From Octopus sinensis (taxonomy: Eukaryota), in assembly GCF_006345805.1 (NCBI RefSeq), contig NC_043011.1, positions 24,874,464-24,938,463 on the forward strand: a DNA stretch of 64,000 nt. The letters are read 5' to 3'. The position numbers were made by a program, and so were the translations under genes. Positions 1 through 11,043 of the stretch are shown here, piece by piece. The notes beneath the pieces were generated by a model that saw only the letters and a program-made list of their open reading frames with translations, had not been told where the DNA came from and did no database searches. Position 1 is the first letter of the stretch. Each line of letters starts with the position of its first letter.

Positions 1-930
1 CTAATTCTTCCTATACCATACATCTAATTCCTTCCATATCAGTTTTCTACTCAGTTCATTTATGCTCGTAATTCCTCCTCACTAACATTACACATCCCAT
101 AGAGCATGCTTTCCTGATTTCTTTTCAACTTCCACACATACTCTATATTCAATGCTCATCATGCAACATCACACTTCAACAACAAACATCATACAATCTG
201 CACTCTATATTTAGGAGAGAAACTTATTTTGGTTTTCCAAAGTAGTAACTTCCTTGACCTTCTCTCTCCTGTTCTTACCCTGGCTACTAAGCTTCCTAAA
301 CACCCTCTTCCACAGCTAAATAAGTTACCTAGGATACAGAAGCAAACAACCTCTTCTATGGGGCCTTCTGAGCATTTGGAAAAAAGAACTATTGATGATC
401 TTATTGCTGATCTGATTTGTGATCTTATTGCTAACTTCTCTTTATCATCTGCTACATACATACTTCTTCTCTGTTATCTGCTTATGGTTCCACTACATCT
501 TTACATGCCCCCATACTTTATATTAAGTACACAGTATGGAATTCCTATCCACTTCTTTTTTGCATATTGATCATAGCCTCTTCCCACATGGCAGTAATAG
601 AGACCTGTCTTCAAAACTTTGTCTTTGCTAAGCTTACTTTAAGCTTTCTTGATTAAAGGCTTTACTTCAACATTTCTCTAACTCAACGACTGCTTCCAGT
701 GTGAGAATTAGGCCATTGGCTTACGTAAGTTTCTATAAACAACAGGTTTTTAAGCTTCTCTGTTAAGGTTTGGGTAATTGCAAAAAATAGCAGAGAGGGC
801 TGAGAACTGAGTCCTTATTTACATATTTATTCATAGCCTGCACAGCTTTCACAAGCCACTAATCTCCACCTGTTTCTTTTCATGATTTCCTTACAGAATA
901 TGGTAACTTCCCAAACCAATGACTGCTAGA
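1..930 (-). mobile_element. Degenerate RTE-clade non-LTR retrotransposon fragment (RT C-terminal region)
   Basis: Minus-strand translation pieces 'EEVVCFCILGNLFSCGRGCLGSLVARVRTG..KLLL..K..FS' resemble RTE 'EVVDSFCYLGD...GGC...ARVR.GW.KFRELLP'. An 'SVLSPL' motif lies near 800-820. Many stops and frameshifts. Confidence 0.75.
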
Positions 931-1071
931 TAGAGTGGTTCATGTATCTATTATATACATACTTGTCTATATAGAATATATATATATAATGTTTTTATGC
1001 ATTAGTTACAGTTATCCATATAAAATATTTAACCATTATATATACTGTTATCCTTATAAAATATATAATAT

Positions 1072-1111
<40 letters not shown>

Positions 1112-1505
1112 ACTGTCCATATAAAATGTGTCATCATTATATATGCAGTTGTTCATAATCTTGTATTTCTCACCATTATCCTCAATAATCATTCTCAAAA
1201 GACTTTCATAGCTCACTTTGAAAGCAATAATAATTGCAACAGTTTTCTAGATATATACTAATTTCATTACAATAACATCAACTCCCTTGAAGCTAACAAG
1301 CTTTGAAATTGATTAAGTTGTTTTCAGTATTTTTAATGAATAAACAGATAAATAGATTAATTAATCAATAGATTAATTTTCTTGTCTATTTAAAAAGAAT
1401 TTTATTTACACAGTTGTTTTTTTCTGAGGTCGTTATAACTTACATTTTCCTAAGGCCTTTCTAATTGCATTTTTCTAATTAAATAATCTCTCTAAATAAT
1501 TTCAG

Positions 1506-1633
1506 GTTGTGTAACAAGCAAGGTGATGTAATATCAGTTGTGAATGAGGTTTTTGTAGCGACATATTTTAAGATCTATCATATCTGGAAATACCAGCATA
1601 AAACTATTGTTGATTCTGGTTTTGTGTTAAAAG
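1506..1633 (+). CDS. ELMOD3: ELMO domain-containing protein 3, penultimate coding exon
   Basis: tttcag|G...AAAG|gtaagg. Translates LCNKQGDVISVVNEVFVATYFKIYHIWKYQHKTIVDSGFVLK, matching recalled vertebrate ELMOD3 '[42 protein letters not shown]'. Ends in phase 1. Confidence 0.9.
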
Positions 1634-1742
1634 GTAAGGATCCATTTAAATCCTTGAATACATACATTACTTCTGAATATTACATTCTGTTAGAAACATC
1701 CAAAGGATATGTATTACCCACATGCATGCGTGCATGTGTGTA

Positions 1743-2614
1743 CAGGATGCGGTGAATAAATTGTCGTCTAAATTACACAAAAATAAAAATAACACTGACA
1801 TCTCATTTTACCAGATATATTTACCAAAATTAAATAAAAATATCTTGAAATACTAAAGAGTAAATTTATTCAATAAAATCGACATTGGCTTCCATCACAC
1901 CCTCCAGATATTTCAGAACCTCCTGCAGCTCTTCTGGATGGTCTCCTTGTTTAAGTTGGTGAATGCTGCCATAATTCTTGCCTTCAGTTCATCTTTGGTG
2001 TTACAAGGAGTTTTGTTGGTTTCTCACTCAATTGCGCTCCACACATAATAGTCAAGGGGGTTGCAGTCTGGAGAGTTAGGCGGCCAAATGTTAGGGGTGA
2101 TGTGGTTGCAAAAATTGTCTGACTGCCATGACTAGGTTCTCCTGCTCGTGTGGCATGGTGCAGAGTCCTGTTGCCAGACATAGGATCTGCCAGCAGCTAC
2201 CCTCTTGACCCAAGGCAGCACTACCTCCTCCAGGAACTTGATGTAGGCTTCCGTATTGAGTCTGAGGTTGTGAGGGAAGATGAATGGAGTCATAAAGTCC
2301 CTATCACTAGTGATCACTCCAAATACCATTACGTTGACTGGATGTTTGATTTTTATCATTCTCAGTACATGTCTCCAGACTGACACCCAAACACTCTGAA
2401 ATGTTCATATTGGAGCTTCCAGCGTGAATGTTAAGCAGTACATTATGTCGTTTCCAAATTTCTGGCTGAATGAATTGTGTCATGGTGCTGTTTTTTTCAC
2501 AGACGGTGCCCAACTGGCCATACTATACTGTGCAGTTGACAAAACCAAAAACAAACAATGCACATGCACAAAATAAAGAATATAAAATGGCAACAATTTA
2601 CCCATTACACCCTA
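1743..2614 (-). mobile_element. Internally deleted, degenerate Tc1/mariner (maT/DD37D-like) transposon
   Basis: Imperfect TIRs (caggatgcggtgaataaattgtcg / caacaatttacccattacaccct) with TA at the left end. Transposase motifs HPVNVMVFGVITSD, WQQDSAPCH and WPPNSPDCNPLDYYVW lie in broken frames. Confidence 0.85.
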
Positions 2615-2823
2615 TGTGTGTGTGTGTGTAGGTATATATATGTATGTATGTGTATGTATATATATATATATACAAATATAAGAGAGTGTCCACTATGTGG
2701 TCACTCTTGCGCTAAAAATAGATCCGCAATGGTCTCAACCACCAAGAATTGTTCCCAAGGAGAATTAGCACAACTATGAACGTAAACGAGCAGGACAAAT
2801 GAAAACTAACAAAAATGTAGATT

Positions 2824-2902
2824 AATTCTAGACAATTGTTTCGCTGTTAATGGATTATGCAATGTTACTTACATAATAGATCTGCAGCTCTTCAGTAGAA
2901 TT
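2824..2902 (-). ncRNA. Type I minimal hammerhead ribozyme, intact core
   Basis: Minus strand: aattcta-CUGAAGA-gctg...(attatgtaa/ttgcataat inner stem)...cagc-GAAA-caattg-UC-tagaatt. Stem I is 7 bp, stem II is extended, stem III is palindromic (acaattgt). Confidence 0.85.
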
Positions 2903-3328
2903 TGTCGTGAATACAATTTACTGAACCGCACGCCAGATTTTAACATAAAGCCAAACGCACGTGTGGTTCAGTCTATTATATTCACAGTTATGATTCGAAT
3001 GCCCTCGTTATAGCGCGCCAAAATTCCCGGAAACAAATACTGCATAAATAATTTACTGCAGTATAATTAAAATCAAAAATAAGGGTGAAAAAATTGGATA
3101 TTAATTCAATAATAACATCAATTTAACACCAAGTGGTTTAGCGCATAAAAACCTGGGATACAGTAAAAATTAATACACAAATATAAGAGAGTGTCCACTA
3201 TGTGGTCACTCTTGCACTAAAAATAGATCCGCAATGGTCTCAACCACCAAGAATTGTTCCCAAGGAGAATTAGCACAACTATGAATGTAAACGAGCAGGA
3301 CAAATGAAAAATAACAAAAATGTAGATT

Positions 3329-3407
3329 AATTCTAGACAATTGTTTTGCTGTTAATGGATTATGCAATGTTACTTACATAATAGATCTGCAGCTCTTCAG
3401 TAGAATT
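3329..3407 (-). ncRNA. Second hammerhead copy, core mutated (GAAA to AAAA)
   Basis: Same as 2824-2902 except plus-strand gttttgct replaces gtttcgct, i.e. G12 to A. Confidence 0.75.
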
Positions 3408-3753
3408 TGTCGTGAATACAATTTACTGAACCGCACACCAGATTTTAACATAAAGCCAAACACGTGTGGTTCAGTCTATTATATTCGCAGTTATGATTCG
3501 AATGCCCTCGTTATAGCGCGCCAAAATTCATATATATATATATATATATATATGTATCTATGTATATATATGCCTGCATAAATATGTATGAGTATGAGTG
3601 TGTTCACTTCTGTGAATTGTAAAAGTCTGTGTAATGTGTAATTTAAATAGATAACCCAAAATGAATTCCAATGTGATTGATTATCAATAATTCTATTCAC
3701 TAAATGTTGCCAGTTTATTTAACAACAAAGTATCATTGCTTTCTACTCTGTAG

Positions 3754-3929
3754 ATGTTGAAACAGCTCTGAAGAAAAATATTCCGTCCCTGATAAAAGAA
3801 GTTGAACAGTACATACAGAACCCAAGCATCTCACAGCCAAGCAAATGTAAACAATCATCATCATCATCATCAACATCAACAAAACATGACCATTTCACTG
3901 GCGTCTCTGATTTAATTAACAACTCTTAA
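3754..3929 (+). CDS. ELMOD3: ELMO domain-containing protein 3, terminal coding exon
   Basis: ctttctactctgtag|AT, a phase-1 join giving D-VETALKKNIPSLIKEVEQYIQNP...HDHFTGVSDLINNS*. Resembles vertebrate 'ELEVLAKKSPRRLLK...DLTFTGESDL'. AATAAA follows near 4233. Confidence 0.85.
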
Positions 3930-4104
3930 TAATTGCTGATCTTGGCTGTTATTTCTTTCTGATTTTACCCTTACAGAAGTATGGACAATGTTGATTTTCT
4001 TATAGCCGTATAATTAGTTGTTCAGTACTAGAATACCCAAACATGAAGTGGAAGTGGAACCTGTTGTCAGCTGAGCAAACTGAGCCAAGCAGAATCTTGT
4101 ACTT

Positions 4105-4564
4105 TATTCAGAAATGCTAAACCTTTACTGCTTTCATGAAGTTTGAACTCCTGATCATTATTTAGCTTGTAGTTCAGTATCTTAATCTCAAGGCCATTAA
4201 TTATACATACAAATTCTATATTTTATTAATCCAATAAAGTCCTTAAAAACTGAATTACAGAATATTGTCAGTTCATAACTTGGCCAAAATGCTGTACAAG
4301 GAAATATGGCAGGAGTGTGATGGGGTTAATCATGTTAACTAATAACTAATTTCAATTCCTTTTGGAATGATAATATATATATATGAGGGAATAATTATTC
4401 CAAACTTACAGGGAAATATTCAATTTAGAAATACTAAATCAAATTTCAGAATAAATGTATTCAGAAATGCTAAACCTTTACTGCTTTCATGAAGTTTGAA
4501 CTCCTGATCATTATTTAGCTTGTAGTTCAGCATCTTAATCTCAAAGCCATTAATTATATATACA
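4105..4564. repeat. Direct repeat of ~107 bp (353-bp period)
   Basis: tattcagaaatgctaaacctttactgc...ccattaattata(c/t)atac occurs at 4105-4211 and again at 4458-4564. Confidence 0.85.
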
Positions 4565-5211
4565 TTACTTAATCATTGGTATATGTTTTATCTTATATTT
4601 AATCTTTCTATACAATGTAATTTTTCTAAATGGTATAATATAAATACGGCAGATGAAGAAAGCGATGTTTCTTCTCCCCCTCCTTAATTCCTTGTTCCTC
4701 TTTTTCTCTCCCTTCTCCCCCTCCTTAATACTTTTGTTTCTCTTTTTCTCTCTCTTCTCTTTTCACGTGACCGCTGGCCAACTATAACCTTTTCGCTTCG
4801 GACTCGCGCCACAATAACATTGCTTTCTTCGTCTGCCGTAAGGCATTATTTTTCAAATACGCCAGCTGAGTTCAATTCTTCTAAGTCGAAAGACGCCTGT
4901 TGTTATGTCCTGTTAGTATTATTATTATTGTTTTTTGTATTTATTTTCGTATTATATTTTGTTTTTTGTATTTATATTTGTGTAACATCGTCTGTTCTTC
5001 TGTCCTTGTTTCGTATACATTCGATCCTTTTTCCAAGAATGCTCGTAGCTTAGTTTTTCCTTGGGGCTGGCCAGATCGGTGCAATCTCAAGATTAATCAA
5101 CGGAAATTGCGAGGATGATCTGGTTCTTGACTGAAGATTAGAGGCTTCGAATGACCCGTCCGTGTTTTTTGTATCGTCTATTTGAATGTTTTGCTTTCTT
5201 GTCCCAGTGTG

Positions 5212-5242
<31 letters not shown>

Positions 5243-5264
5243 GCATAATATGTACACACACAAG

Positions 5265-5450
5265 CATGTGAAGACCAGCTGCATACTACATACAATCGAG
5301 CAGAGAATCATGGAGAAATTTATGCCATGTGTAAATGGATCTAAGAGATGCAGCTTATGCATAGCCAAAAGATCACAGTCTTTTTAGATCCAAGAATTCC
5401 ACCGCACAACTTAATTCCAGATCTGAAATTTTCAGCAGATGTAAGTATAT
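5265..5450 (+). mobile_element. Penelope-like element GIY-YIG endonuclease C-terminal remnant
   Basis: HTIEQRIMEKFMPCVNGSKRCSLCIAK, then frameshifted LNSRSEIFSRCK. Resembles the PLE 'I.WKI...PY.NGSK.C.LCL.EK...LN.RSE..S.C.H' end. Confidence 0.7.
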
Positions 5451-6269
5451 CGCCACATTTCTTTTGTTGAACTGAAGGACATCACATTCTCCAGATTGAG
5501 CAGCTGTCTTGCAGGCTTTTGGACTCTTCTTCATTGAATTATTCTACACCAGCTAGTTTCATTATGATTTCTACAGTCGAAGGGAAAGTAATTCTAAATA
5601 ACTCTAATTTTCTTTCTTTTCTTTCGTTTCTTTCTCCATTTTTATTTGCTCTTTTTCTTCTCATTCCACTTTTTACGTCAACCTTCTCATGGTTTCTCAT
5701 GTACCAGCATCCTAATTTTCAGATAAGACAAACCAAGTACCCAAAGCCTGAATATTGCTTGGAGATACAAGGCCTGTTGTAAAAATCAGTCTAACCAATA
5801 CCTCAATGGCAAAAAACTATTAGTAGCTCCTATTTTCATATAGTGTACATCAAATGATATTTATTTCTCACTATATGGAATACTTTTTTATGTTGATCCT
5901 ACCTCAGAAGAACAATAAAGTATCATCATTCATCAACATTTAACGATCATCTGCATGGTTGACAGGAGCTGGCCAGTTAGAAAAACTACCCTCGGCTGCT
6001 GTGTCTGTTTTGGCAGGGATTTTACTGCTGGATGCCCTTCCAAATGCCAACCATGTTACAGTGCTGAGACTGGATGCTTTTAATGGGAAACCAGTACTGG
6101 CAGGATAACCAAGTAACTCACAGGACCAGGAATTATGAGATGGGCAGGGCATTTGAGGAGGGGAAGAAACATGTGTCAGAGGATGAAAGGTTAAAGTGTG
6201 ACAAAGAAATAGAGACAGAAGCAGGTGTCTTGCTACAACACAGTGGGTATTAGAGGAGGTGATCTAGTA

Positions 6270-6960
6270 TCAAATGTGTCCAGTCTACATGTTCTTCCTG
6301 GGATGGCTGCCTTGGATAGCTGGCTAGGATATGAGGCTGGACTAGTTTGCTGGACTGCATTTGCTTGAATGGTTTGAGAGCCTGGGTTGTCTGGACTTAC
6401 AAGGCTGTCTGGGCTTGGCTGGTTTACCTGGCCTGCCTGTGGTGGCTCGGATGGGCTGCCTGAGTTGACCAAGCTGTTCTGCCTAGACTGGGTTGGGCTT
6501 CAGAGCTAGGCATCTCTATGTGGGATGGCCTGCCTCCATTGAGCTGTTTAGGCTGACTGAGTGAACTTAAATGCCTGGCTGGTCAGATTGGCTAGTCTAT
6601 CCTACATGAGCTGGTCTGCCTGCATTGCTTTGGCTTGACCTGACTGGATTGAGCTGCTAGGCTAACTGGTTGATCTTGAGTGCCTGGGCTGGCTGGTCTA
6701 CCCAGTCTTTGTTGGGATGGATGACCCTGGATGGCTGGACTTGTTGGACAGGGTTATCTGGGCTGGCTAGGCTGACATGATTGGCTGACTTATATAGCTG
6801 GATCAGTCAGTTTAGGTTGTTCTGTATGGGCCAGTAGGGGTAGCCTGCCTGGACTGGCAAGCTGGTAACCTTGAATGGATGGGCTTGTCTAACTGGTCTG
6901 GTTAGCTGACCTGTCTGGTCTTGTCAAGATGGGCTGCTTGGCTACCTGGGATAGGGTGCC
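6270..6960. repeat. Degenerate low-complexity (CTGG/GGCT-like) tract, strongly G/T-skewed on the + strand
   Basis: Dense ggctg/ctgg/gactg words over ~700 bp with no clean period. Confidence 0.6.
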
Positions 6961-8204
6961 AAGTTACACACACAAACATGATGGAATGCATTTTTAATTT
7001 AGGAAAATAAAAGAAAAAATAACAAACACTCATTTAAATAAAACATTTTTTTTATTTATCATTGTTTTTTTTTTTAAGAGAAAATGTTAAACTGAAATCA
7101 TTTCAGCTGTAGAAAAAACAAAATTTTGCCTCTTTCTTTCAATATAGAAAAAGGAATTAAAAAAAAAAATTTAACTGAAGAAAAAATATAAAAACAACAA
7201 AATATTGTCCCTTGCCCCACCCACCCCTCTGTCCCATTAATTCCTTCATTAATCACAATTTATAATTGAATCATTAGCATATATAATAACTATTTCAATA
7301 AAGTCTGAACAATAGCCAAATCCACATTTTGTAATAACCACAAAATATTTTTAGAAAAAGACAAAAAGTAAACAAAAAAAAATCAACAAAACTGTTTTTT
7401 CAACTGAAGACATTTTATTTTTTTAATCCCTTTTATGCATTTTTTATAATTATAAATACATATCGTAAATTTAAACCAAGCTTAAAACAGCAAGGAGAAA
7501 GAGCATGTGTGTGCGCGTGCATGTGTGTTCCACAAGTAGCAACACAAGACAAGAAAAATACAGGTTCATTAAATTTGTTTTCAACCCGTTTTTTCATATT
7601 GTATTTTTTTCTATCAACATTAAAGTTGACTTAGTCAGACATCAAACTTGAACCATTTTTTTTCAATGATATAAAAGTGTAGATGCTGAGTAGGTCTCTT
7701 CAAAGCAAAACCAAAAAAAAAAAATAATTTAATTAAAAAATTTTTTATTTTTATTTATTTATATATTTTTTTTATACAAACACCTTTAAAATTATTGCAG
7801 AGTTATACATAATAAGATGGAGCTTACTGGTGGTACGTTTTGAAGTTACATATTTTGGTAAATATTTTATGAAATATTTTAGCCTCTTTGGAGAAATTAT
7901 AGTCAGAGCTTCTATATTTATTCTGTCATTTTGAGTAAATAACTTCACAATATGAGGTGGAGATGAGATAATTTAACTCTTGGTCACTTGTTAGTATTCC
8001 TATTACTACCAACACAAGGAAATGTTGTATGAAATGAGTTGGAGGAAATGTCAGCGTATTACCCCTCAAATCACATCCTAAAAAAATATGGGATGAATGT
8101 ATGACATAATGTAATCTTGTACACGACTAGAGAGATGGAATGGCCATGCCTGGCATGTCTTCCAACAAGGCTGGGATGGAGCCAAACAATCACATGTAGA
8201 AAAC

Positions 8205-8874
8205 ATATACATATATAATATACACACGCATATATATATACATGCACATATATATATACACATATGCAAATATCTACATACACATACAAATATCTATACA
8301 TGCACATATGCAAATATCTACATACACATACAAATATCTATACATGCATACATATATATATATATATACATAAATACCTATACATGCATATATGTACACA
8401 AACATAAATATCTCTACATGCATATATATATATATATATATATATACATACATACATACATACATACATACACAAACATATCTATACATGCATATATATA
8501 TATATATACACACACATACGTGTGTGGGTTTGTACTCTACATAGTGCAGACACACAACATGCACATACATATATTAATAAATAATATGACTAGAAGAAAG
8601 TGTGTGCATGTACCATCATCATTGTTTTAATGTCCACTTTCCCATGTTCTCGTGTGTCAGGTGGAACTTGCTGAGACAGATTTTCTATGGCCAGATGCCC
8701 TTCTTGTTGCCAATCCTCTCCTGTTTCCAAGGAAGGAAATATTTCTCCAATATCAGATACGTTTTCATAGTAGGTTCAAAACGAACGACACTGCTTGTAA
8801 GCACCTGATGCTTTACATCTATTGCACAAAATCAAGACAAGTAAGAGACAAACACACACAGGTACATGCATACA

Positions 8875-8924
<50 letters not shown>

Positions 8925-9425
8925 AACACACACACACTTTTACACATACACACAATGGAGTTCTTTCAGATTCTTCCTAACAAATCTTTGGTCAGCCTGA
9001 AGGATAAATATAGAAACAAGGATAGTGTGTGCATACACATGTAAATATATGTATATATAAGTATATGGTATAAACATCTAGTGAGTGTATATGTATACAC
9101 AAATATGCACATATATATGTATATAGATATAATAGATTTATGTATATATATAATACACACACACATACACAGTTATATATATATATATATATATATATAC
9201 ATACACATACATAATACACACATATATTGTACTTACATATATATACACACATATACACAGTTATATAAATATATATATATATATATACACATATATAAAT
9301 ACATATATACAAACACACAAATATGCACATATGCATAAAAATGTACATATAGACATACACACAGATCTATATATATCTACATATATGTGCATACATATGT
9401 ATGAGCATGTGTGTGTATACACATA
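8205..9425. repeat. Compound (TA)n/(CA)n/(CATA)n microsatellite region with an embedded SINE fragment
   Basis: Direct inspection. Explains the many spurious Y/I/C/H-rich ORFs here. Confidence 0.9.
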
Positions 9426-9649
9426 GCCTATAAGCAAAGTTATCTGGCAAACAATAGATATGAGGGCTTTCTTTTCCTGGCAGGAGGCCAGCAGTTCTTT
9501 CTCCCTCAGATTGTTAATTAAAACATGTATGTTATTTCCATTAGAATTTTGTCACTCAATCATTCTCTAAATTAAAAGTGTTTAACCAAACAGATAATAC
9601 AGCTACGTTTTCAACACTTTTCTTTTGATATTACATGTGTGAGTGTACA

Positions 9650-9688
<39 letters not shown>

Positions 9689-9698
9689 TCACACACAC

Positions 9699-9730
<32 letters not shown>

Positions 9731-9883
9731 ATACATTTCATAATTAAGGGCAAATGAAAAAATTTCTAATGCCAGATATGCCGAAAAATTGGACATATTG
9801 TCCATTAACCATATAATTTTTTTACAATATGCACGCTACTCGAAAAAAGATCGACAGAAATTTCTAAAACATTCTATTATTAC

Positions 9884-9942
9884 CATATCGGACCGATTTC
9901 AGGGTTAGCTTATAACAGCCCTCCCTTCGTCAGTGATACATG
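9884..9942 (-). ncRNA. Hammerhead ribozyme motif, slightly degenerate, inside a (TA)n-flanked element (9736-10077)
   Basis: Minus strand: gtatca-CUGACGA-aggg...ccct-GAAA-tcgg-UC-cgatatg. The first stem I pair is mismatched. Confidence 0.65.
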
Positions 9943-10680
9943 TGGCAAAAGAAATAAATGAGATACTTACTCATACCCATGGAAGAAGCGAACACTAAGT
10001 CATGAGCACAATTAAATATCCCAAATACATCCAAAATAGAAATACTCCAGCCCATCCGAGAGACGTGCGATTAGAACTATATATATAAAACACACACACA
10101 CACAAATACATATATATATATAAATGGCTTCATGAAAGCTATACGATGTTGAACTCAGCTCAGAGTGAACTGCATCAATAGCAGAAACAGCTGTAAGGTA
10201 ACAAAGTTGCTAATGTAATTACTGTTCTCTTGTCATTCAATGATTTATACATATATGCATATTCTTTTATTCTTATACTTGTTTTAATCATTTGATTGTG
10301 GCCATGCTAGAGCAGCACCTTTAGTCAAATAAATCAACTCCAGGATTAATTCTTTGTAAGTCTACTGCTTATTCTATCAGTCACTTTTGCCAAACCGCTA
10401 AGTTATGGGGACATAAACACACCAACATCGGTTGTCAAGTGATGATGGAGGGGGACAAACACAGATGCAAACACACACACACATATATATACAATGGGCT
10501 TCTTTCAGTTTCTGTCTACCAAGTCCACTCACAAGGCTTTGATTGGTCTGAGGCCATAGTAGAAGACATTTGCCCAAGGTGTCATGCAGTATGACCGAAC
10601 CCAGAACCATGTGGTTGGGAAGTAAGCTTCTAACCACACAGCTACACCTATATATAAACACGTCTCACACACACGCACAC

Positions 10681-11043
10681 ATACATAAGGATAATATAAC
10701 ATGAGGATGGAGGATAACAGGCTTTACATCAGCTTTAAGTTGCTGAGTTTATATTCAAAGATCTGTACAGAAGAACATTCCTTATAATTATAATACAATT
10801 GAATGCTGCTCAGCAACAGAATATCCAGGATTCAACGGGAATTGTATTCTGCTCTAATAAAGTGCCCATGCATGGCTTTGCTGAGTAGCATGCAACTGCA
10901 TAATAATTATAAAGGCTGTTTTCTATAATAATCTTTGAATATAAATTCTGCCATTTAAAGCTGATGTATAGTGCTGAACCAAATGTTGTGATCTACTATG
11001 AAAGCTTGTTACCTTCCACCCTTGTGTTATATTATCCATGTAT
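10681..11043. mobile_element. Fold-back (head-to-head inverted) element with an HHR-like motif in the right arm
   Basis: Imperfect arms of ~140-180 bp (tacatcagctttaa...ttatattcaaagat / atctttgaatataa...ttaaagctgatgta). The right arm has CTGATGT-atagt...actat-GAAA-gctt at 10961-11007. Confidence 0.7.

Larger units (their letters stand above)
2672..3527 (-). mobile_element. Partial tandem repeat (505-bp period, ~1.7 units) with one hammerhead ribozyme per unit; Penelope pLTR/retrozyme-like
   Basis: 2672-3027 is repeated near-identically at 3177-3527. Both sides are flanked by (TA)n. HHR motif in each copy. Confidence 0.8.

Noticed and set aside
4770-5200. CpG-rich repeat block with CTGAAGA at ~5131
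   Set aside because: No GAAA or stem pairing consistent with an HHR. Probably a repeat fragment that I cannot classify.
8071-9360. Many ORFs rich in Y/I/C/V/H/T (also 935-1261, 53019-53612, 57098-57513, 63470-63747)
   Set aside because: Translations of (TA)n/(CA)n microsatellites.
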